A DNA stretch of 64,000 bases from Phaeosaccion multiseriatum (lineage: Eukaryota > Protista > Ochrophyta, other classes): positions 3,410,001-3,474,000 of the forward strand of contig OZ218957.1 in NCBI GenBank assembly GCA_965112735.1. The letters are read 5' to 3'. A program made the translations under genes and the position numbers. Below the pieces are notes generated by a model. The model made no database searches. It was given only the letters and a program-made list of their open reading frames with translations, and was not told where the DNA came from. Positions 56,801 through 64,000 of the stretch are shown here, in pieces. How positions within the stretch are numbered: the first letter of the stretch is position 1; every line of letters starts with the position of its first letter.

Positions 56801-59800
56801 GAGGAGTGAGAGGTGTCAGGACCCCACCTGCTTCCTGAGGATGGCCTGCACCAACGCCGGCCTCTTCATGCGGTCCATAGCATTGAGTTTGGCGCCGCAC
56901 TCCAACAAATGGCGAACACTGGACGTGTTACCTCTCTGCACGGCCCACATGAGGGGCGTCTGGGGAGGAAGGGGAGTGAGGGTGGAAGAAAGCAAGGAGG
57001 AAGGAAGGGAGGGAGGGAGGGAGGGAGAGGGGGAGAAGGACGGGAGGGAGGGAGAAAGGACGGAAGGAAGGAAGGAAGGAAGGGAGGGGGGGAGGAAGGA
57101 AGAGAGGGAGGGAGGGAGGAAGGAAGGAAGGAAGGAAGGGAGGAAGTGCTTTGTTTCTATCCGTTCTGTTCGCGAAATGGACCCCCCCCCCCCCACCCTC
57201 CCTCTCCCCCCCTCCCTCCCTCCTCTCTCCCTCTCACCCTCCCTTCCCTCCCTCCTCACCTCCATATTCCCATTCCGGGCCTCGAGGTCCGCCCTCTCGC
57301 TGAGCAGCAGAGCAATGACCTGCGTGTCGCCCCTGGCTGCCGCATGATGGAGCCCTGTGCACCCCTGCCCGTCTCTGCAGTTTACGTCCTCGCCCCTCTC
57401 GAGCTTACGCATGATGTCGTCCACATGTCCCTCCACGCACGCCTTTCGTGATGTGTTGTGGTAAGTCAGTGCATGCGTCGTGTTAGCAAGTCAGTGAATG
57501 ATATAGATGGTAACGGCAGAGAGAGAGAGAGAGCGTTGGCGAAATAATACGCTGCTGTAACCGCAGAGTAGAGTAGACGTATTTATCAACTCACAAGATT
57601 GCATACGGATCGAAGACTGACTAAAGATCGATACCTTGCTTGCTTCGGTTCAGCTCAGTTCAGCTCTCTCAGTTCAGCTCAATGTGTGAAGCACCAACTC
57701 ACCTGGATGAACCACTCCCGCTCGAAGCGCGGGTCGGGCACGTACTGTCCCCTCCAGCGCAGCTCCTCAAGCGTCTGCCACGCCCCTGTCATCTCGTTCA
57801 ATCTGTCACGTGTGTGAGTGTGCGTGTGCGTATGTGTGTGTGTGCGTGTTTGTGCGTGTTTGTGCGTGTGTGCGTGTGTGTGCGTGTGTGTGTTCGTGTG
57901 GGTGTTTGTGTGTGTGCGTGTGCATGTGTGTATGTACGCGTGTGTGCATGTGTGCGTGCATGTGCAGGTGTGTGCGTTTGTATGTATGTGCGTGTGCGTG
58001 TGTTGTGCAGGTAGGAGGGGTGGGTGGGGTGGGGTGACAGTCAGTCACTGAGTCAGTCAGTCAGTCAGTCACACTCACTCACTCACTCACTCACACACTC
58101 ACTCACACACTCACTCACACACTCACTCACTCACTCACTCACTCACTCACTCACTCACTCACTCACTGACTGACTGACTGACTGACTGGCACCAAGCACT
58201 GACTGACACTAAGAACTGACCGAAACTGACACCAGGTACCCTACCTGAGGTCATAACGCAGGAACTCGACATGCATGGGTCTGGGGGCTTCAGCAAGCTC
58301 CTTCAGCACCTCCAAGAAGGGGAGCTTCTCGAGCTTGCGCCCCCCCGGGAGAAGTCTTGACACGATGTAACCGCGGAATATGGACGGGAAGGAGTCGCCG
58401 ATGGGGATGTTCAGCTCACAGGCCCTGATGTGGTCCTGTTGGTGATACATTGTGGGAGCAGAGACGGACAGACGGAGGGAGGGAGGGAGGGAGGGAGAGG
58501 AGGAAATCTTCGTCAGCCTTCAGCCGCAGCTTCTCCTCCGCGCAGACAAGCATGCAGGCTCCGCCCGTCCTTCCTGCTCCTCTTCTACCCACCCCTACCC
58601 TCCCCTTCTACCCACCCCCACCCTCGAAAAGGAAGGAGGGAGGCATGAACGGAGTCTCCTCTGCCCCCCGCTCCCCTCTGCGGTCCCTGTCTGCTCCCGC
58701 CCCCTGCTACCCCGCCCTGCTGCACCCTTCCTCTCCTTGCCCTTGACCCCACATCCTACACCTACCCCTTCCTTCCTACCTCTTCCTCACCTCCTCCCTC
58801 CCTCCCTCCCTCCCTCCCTCCCTCCCTCCCTCCCTCCCTCCCTCCCTCCCTCCCTCCCTCCCTCCCTCCCTCCCTCCCTCCCTCCCTCCCTCCCTCCCTC
58901 CCTCCCTCCCTCCCTCCCTCCCTCCCCCCCCCGTACCTCTGTGATCTTCTCTGCTCCCTCCCTCTCTTTGTCCCTGAGCTTGACCACGGTGTTCTCATGC
59001 ACGAGAAGGAGGCGGTGTGCGGTGTCCTTCTCGTCCGTGATGTTGTGCAGCTCGTCTCGTGCCTCAATCACCTTCTCGAACTTCTTGGCTGCATATCAGT
59101 TGGTGATACAGCATGACATAGTAGTTGGACCGTCATCAGGGACTGGTAGTACGATAGTGGCCAGGAAAGATAAGAGGGGGTAGAAGCAGAGCACCTGACT
59201 GCGCCAACTGTGACCGCGTGAAGATGAAGCACGCACCCTCTCTCTCACAGAAACCTTCCTCTCCTCTCCTCTCCTCAGTGCCTTCCCTCAAAACAGCACG
59301 CCCCGCCCCGCCCCGCCCGTTACAACAGCCGCACAAGCGTACACCCAACAAGGCCACTTCTCTCACCAAGTCTGCAGAAGCGCTCCCACTGCTCCTCGAG
59401 ATCGATTTTCTCCGCGGGGTTGACGGCTCTCTTGTACTTTTGCTCGTAGTTCTTCATCAGGAATTTCAGTTCCAGGTAGTCCTCCAGTTCCTGCGGATTC
59501 TCGTTGAGGAACCCCCACACCATCTAAGGCAACGAAAAGGTTTCGAGACCACACACGCGCACACACATATACACACACGCACGCACGCACGCACGCACGC
59601 ACGCACACGAGGAACGAGGGGGGAGGGTTGTTGGTGTTGGTTGTTGCGGAGACGTAGGGTTATCTTCCCCTTGTCCACCCCAAGTTGACAGTAAGCTCAA
59701 GTACTAAGTCAGCAAGGCAATGAGAAGTTCATTCGTCAGTGCACCACCAATGGGCCACTCCCTCACACCTTCACACCTGCCAATTTCGGAGTGTCCTGGC

Positions 59801-60908
59801 GGCCTGCTTGTACTTCTTGACCAGTCTATAGTGCAGTGCCGAAGAGAGAGGGTGTGCGGGGTGTCAGGACAGGAGAATGAGGGGCGTCAGGACAGCCAAT
59901 CATGTGAGGCAGAGTGGCAAGGATAAAATATTATTGACTTATGGGAATCAACCTAAGAATTACGTAATCTTGTGTGTGTATGGCAAGGAGAGAAGGGCGG
60001 TAAGGATGAGATGCAGCAGACCGCAGCGACTCCAAAGCACAACTCGCTCCCATATTCCCTGCCCCTTCCCCCCTTATTGCTATTCCTGTTTACACATTGG
60101 TCTGTCTCTCGCTGTCTCTCCTCTCTCGCCCCCCCCCCCCCCCCTCTCTCTCTCCTCTTCTCTCTGCCTCACTCTCCCCCTCCCTCTCTGCTTCTCTCTG
60201 TGTATCTTTCTCCTCTCTCAGCCTCTCTCTCCCCCACTCCCTCTCCATGTACCTCTGCCTCCTCTCTCTCCCCTTCTCTCTCCTCTCCCCCCCACCCCCC
60301 TCTCTCTCTACCTCTGCCGGCCTTTCTCCATCCTGCATGCCTCTCCCAACGCATGCACCGTCCAACGGGTTCCCTATCCAATCACTCGCCCCCTTATCCA
60401 CCTGTCCCTCGCTCTAAAAGCACACTTACGTTCTCTGCTCCATCATTGCCTCTTCCAGCTGCACCACGATGGCGTCATGGTTCGCAATCGCATCAGTCCA
60501 ACGCGACACTACCGCCCCCTTGTCTCCCACCCCGGGAATCAGCTCCATGGCCAAGAGCACGTCCTCAAAGACAGCAGAGAAAGGTGTTCGGGGCTGCAAC
60601 TCGTAGCGACAGTCTTGCGGTGTCTTGGCCGCCAACACTTTGGCGGCAATCTCTGCTCTGATGCGTTGCTTCTTCTCTGCTTTCTCTCTCTCCACCGCCT
60701 CATCGAACTTCTCCTTTCCGTAAACCCACTCCTCGTTGTAGACCTTTTGAGTTGAGTCCACGGATGCCTCGTCCTCGTCATGACCACCCTCGCCATCCTC
60801 TTCCTCGTCGCTCTCTTCCTCATCCTCGCTCTCTTCGTCCTCCTCGTCCGAGCTTCCAGGGCTTGGATCACCCTCGGCCTTACCTCCTGTCGGCTTGTGC
60901 AGAACCAT
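53805..60908 (-). CDS. Ankyrin-repeat protein with C-terminal dual-specificity-phosphatase-like domain; many exons
   Basis: Ankyrin repeats: [55 protein letters not shown]-like: [36 protein letters not shown]|RL..RRPGV. Joining the upstream exons (57705-60908) to this gene is inferred. Confidence 0.75.
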
Positions 60909-61028
60909 AGCTATCGTACCAGAGAGCTCAAACAATGAAGGTAATGAAGAGGAAGGAAGAAGAAATCTCAGTAAGTCAGTAAGTCAAAGTGTAACGTCGA
61001 GATTTTGCTCCCCACAATCCATACCAGC

Positions 61029-64000
61029 ATGCCTGGGCCTCCGAGCCGGTGGAAGGGCAAGAAGAGAAGGCTGGGAGATGGTAGCGGAAGCAGTGGAGAC
61101 ACTCTGCAGCAGATCGATGACGGCTGGGACGGGGAGCGGGTCACACGACACGTCGCTCGCAGCCGGCAGCTGCACGTCTTTTCTCCAGAGGCGGGCATCC
61201 CTCGGGACTGGCAATGGGTGCTGCAGGCTCTGAGCAAACGGAGGAGTGCCCGGGGCACAGGCTGTCCCGTAGACTTGCTTGGCACGGTCACCTACAACGT
61301 GGATGGGGTGGCCGAGGCCCTCTATCAGACGTCTGACAAGACCGGCGGGATTAGCCGCCATGTCATTGCAGACGCACCGGCGCCCTCAGCGGCAGCAGCA
61401 AGGGCAGCAGCAGAAACGAAAATAAAGCAGAGTGCGGGGGATTCGGGTCTGACGACTGCAGGAGGGAGCTTGGTTGTCGGAGGGGGCGGCGAGGGGGAGG
61501 ATGCACGAGGAGGAGGAGGAGGAGGAGGAGGAGGAGGAGGAGGAAGAACGATGGCTCTTATGGGGGCCCTCAAGCACCTTATCCCCCCAAGGCAGTACCT
61601 TCCGGCGCTGGAGGCGCAGGCACACATGACAGCTCCAGTCGGCCAGCAGCAGCAGCAGCAGCAGGGACAGGGACAGGGCAGTGGAGCTGGAGGAGGAGGA
61701 GGAGGAGGAGGAGGAGGAGGAGGAGGAGGAGGAGGAGGAGGAGGAGGAGGGGCAGCAGCGGTGGCGTTTTGTGGGGGGGATAGCTTCCGAATCCTCGATC
61801 AGACAGACCTGAAGGCCATGGGCACCGGCCAGAAGACCGCCCCGGCCGGCGTGCGAGAGCTGGTGAGCCTGGTGCCTGGCAAGTACGAGGGGAGTACCGT
61901 ACGGCCTCTGCTCTCTTTACAGCACGACTACCTGCTCGAAGCAGTGACCGGCAAGGCGCTGCAAAGCACCTTCAAGTTGAGCGGAGGAGGAGGGGGAGAG
62001 GGGCAGCAGCAGGCACGGCACTTGGTGATACAGTGCAAGTCAGCGGTGATCTGCAAGCAGGTGGGCGGGGCGGCGCGGACCATGGTGGAGTGGATCGAGG
62101 CCGCAGTGGGGAGCCGCGTACTTGCTCTGTCGCTGGAGCTGGTGCAGGACTGTTTCGGAAAGGTTTGGGTTGTGCACACGACTAAGTGCGTCATGCAGCC
62201 CAAGGGGGTCATGCCGGGCGACACCACTCTCTATAGCCGCAGGGGTCTCCTGCAAGGAGGAGGAGGAGAAGGCGTTGGTGATACAAGGGGGCAGGAGGGG
62301 AGACCGGCCTCCCCGCAGCAGATGAGGTTTCTGCGGTCGGCAGGGGCGGTACGTTCAGCAACGCCCTATTCCTTTCTCTGTCCTACTCCTCCTCATTTTC
62401 CTCTCTCCTGGTCTCTCTCGCTTTCTCTCTTCTCTCTCCCTCTCTCCCTCCCATTTCCTCTTTCTCTCTCCCTCCCTCCCTTCCCCTCTCCCTCCCTCTT
62501 CCTCTATCTCCCTCTCTTTTTTATCCTTCCCCCTTCCCTCTCCCTCTCCCTCTCTCCCCCTATTTCTCTCCCTCTCCCTCTGTCTCTGTTTTTCAACCTT
62601 CCCTTACCTATTTCTTCCCTCCCTCCTTCCCTCCCTCCCTCCCTCCCTCCCTCCCTCCCTCCCTCCCTCCCTCCCTCCCTCCCTCCCTCCCTCCCTCCCT
62701 CCCTCCCTCCCTCCCTCCCTCCCTCCCTCCCTCCCTCCCTCCCTCCCTCTCTCTCTCTAACTCCCTGCAGGTGACCCTCCCCAGCGACCTCAACGTCGCT
62801 CGCTTCGGTCACAGTCTGGGCGAGAGCTCCGGGGCACACAAGAACAGGCGCGGACCTGTCCGTGAGGCCTATGCCGACCCCATGGAGGTGTGTGCAGTGT
62901 GTGTGTGTGTGTGTGTGTGCTTTGCGGGGAGAGGACCCCTTTATCCCCCTCTTTCTTGTTCTACTTCTCCTCCTCCTCTTTCTCTTCCGCCTCTTCCTCC
63001 TCCTCCCCCCCCTCCCCCCCACTCCCTCCTTCCTCCCTTCCTCCTTCCCCTCCTCCTCCTCCTCCTCCTCCTCCTCCTCCTCCTCCTCCTCCTCCTCCTC
63101 CTCCTCCTCCTCCTCCTCCTCCTCCTCCTCCTCCTCCTCCTCCTCCTCCTCCTCCTCCTCCTCCTCCTCCTCCTCCTCCTCCTCCTCCTCCTCCTCCTCC
63201 TCCTCCTCCTCTCCTCCTCCTCCTCCTTCTCCTCCTCCTCCTCCTCCTCCTCCTCCTCCTCCTCCTCCTCCTCTTGACCTATCCTTCCTTCCTTCTTACA
63301 ACTCCAGGGAAACACACCCTAGCCCACTCCCATCTCCAACGAATGGCGACTAACCCAAACATACCACCAACAGGTGCCCGAGTTCCGAGCCGTGCGTACT
63401 GCCACCGCTGGAAGGACATTGGGTAGTAGCCAATTGGGGGCGGGGAGGGGAGCCTGCCGGGGTGACTTTTGCCATCATGGGGTGACGGACAGCTTGCATC
63501 AGCAGAGCCTCTTCGACGCGATGGAGGGTGGCACCAGGGGGGGCAGTCTCCAAGCCAGTTGTGACGACACTACCCGACACGGCAGTTGTGACAGTTACAA
63601 CACCAAGGGCGGCGAGCAGCAGCAGGGGCAGCCAGGGAAGAGAAAGGGGGAGGAGAAGGACGAGGGGATGGGAAAGGTGGGACGGGGGGACCTCATGGAG
63701 CAGCAGAGGGCGCGGACGAGGACGCAGAGGGGAATGCTCGAGGAAGAGGGGCTGATGGCACTTGATGGCCATGGCCATGGGCAAGGGGAAGGCGGAGTAT
63801 CACCAACTGCTGCGGCGGAGGACCGGCAGCGCCTTTCGGAGCTTTCGCAGGCGCTGGGGAGGGAAGGGGCGGGGGGAGAGGTGGCGGCGGCGAGAGCCGC
63901 TGTGGTAGAGAGAGAGAGGGAGGCGAGGGGAAGGCTTGTTGAGGCCGGGGGGGGGTGGGGGGGCGGCGCGGGACAGTTTAGGAAGAAGGACCGCAAGAAG
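61029..64000 (+). CDS. Hypothetical protein, 3' partial; exons ~61029-62348, 62771-62887, from ~63309
   Basis: Long open frame with non-repetitive, globular-looking segments (RQLHVFSPEAGIPRDWQWV; FCGGDSF; VLALSLELVQDCFGKVWVVHT) and GT..AG introns. No family recognised. Confidence 0.6.
63052..63272. repeat. (CCT)n microsatellite, intronic
   Basis: About 70 CCT units with few interruptions. Confidence 0.97.

Overview
Eukaryotic genomic DNA. It is intron-rich and GC-rich, and the introns are packed with (CCCT)n, (CA)n, (TCAC)n and (GA)n microsatellites. A photosynthetic stramenopile-type alga is my best guess (inference only). Host genes in order: PPR-Smr protein (5' partial), RMI1, two tandem copies of a kynurenine-3-monooxygenase-like FAD monooxygenase, a membrane protein with an HNH-like Zn motif, a HAD-IIA hydrolase, PRPP synthetase, a DapA/DHDPS-fold protein lacking catalytic residues fused to a long coiled coil, pICln (CLNS1A), an ethylene-receptor-like hybrid histidine kinase, an ankyrin + DSP-like protein, and a 3'-partial hypothetical gene. 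The standout is an 8,356-bp DNA transposon (37400-45755) with perfect 31-bp TIRs starting TCGACCCC and a 6-bp TSD (TTATCA). It carries two head-to-head genes: (i) a DDE/DxxH-type transposase with an inserted NHL-like beta-propeller and a C-terminal PHD finger, and (ii) an RS-rich, Zn-finger, Ulp1/SENP-type protease. A 158-bp MITE with the same TCGACCC ends, shared subterminal motif and its own 6-bp TSD lies at 5718-5875. The large element is itself inserted in a truncated copy of that MITE. This end/TSD/domain combination does not match a superfamily I recognise. A dispersed motif, GTTGGTGATAC(AG), is also strongly over-represented in host DNA. All gene models are read by eye, and exon boundaries are approximate.
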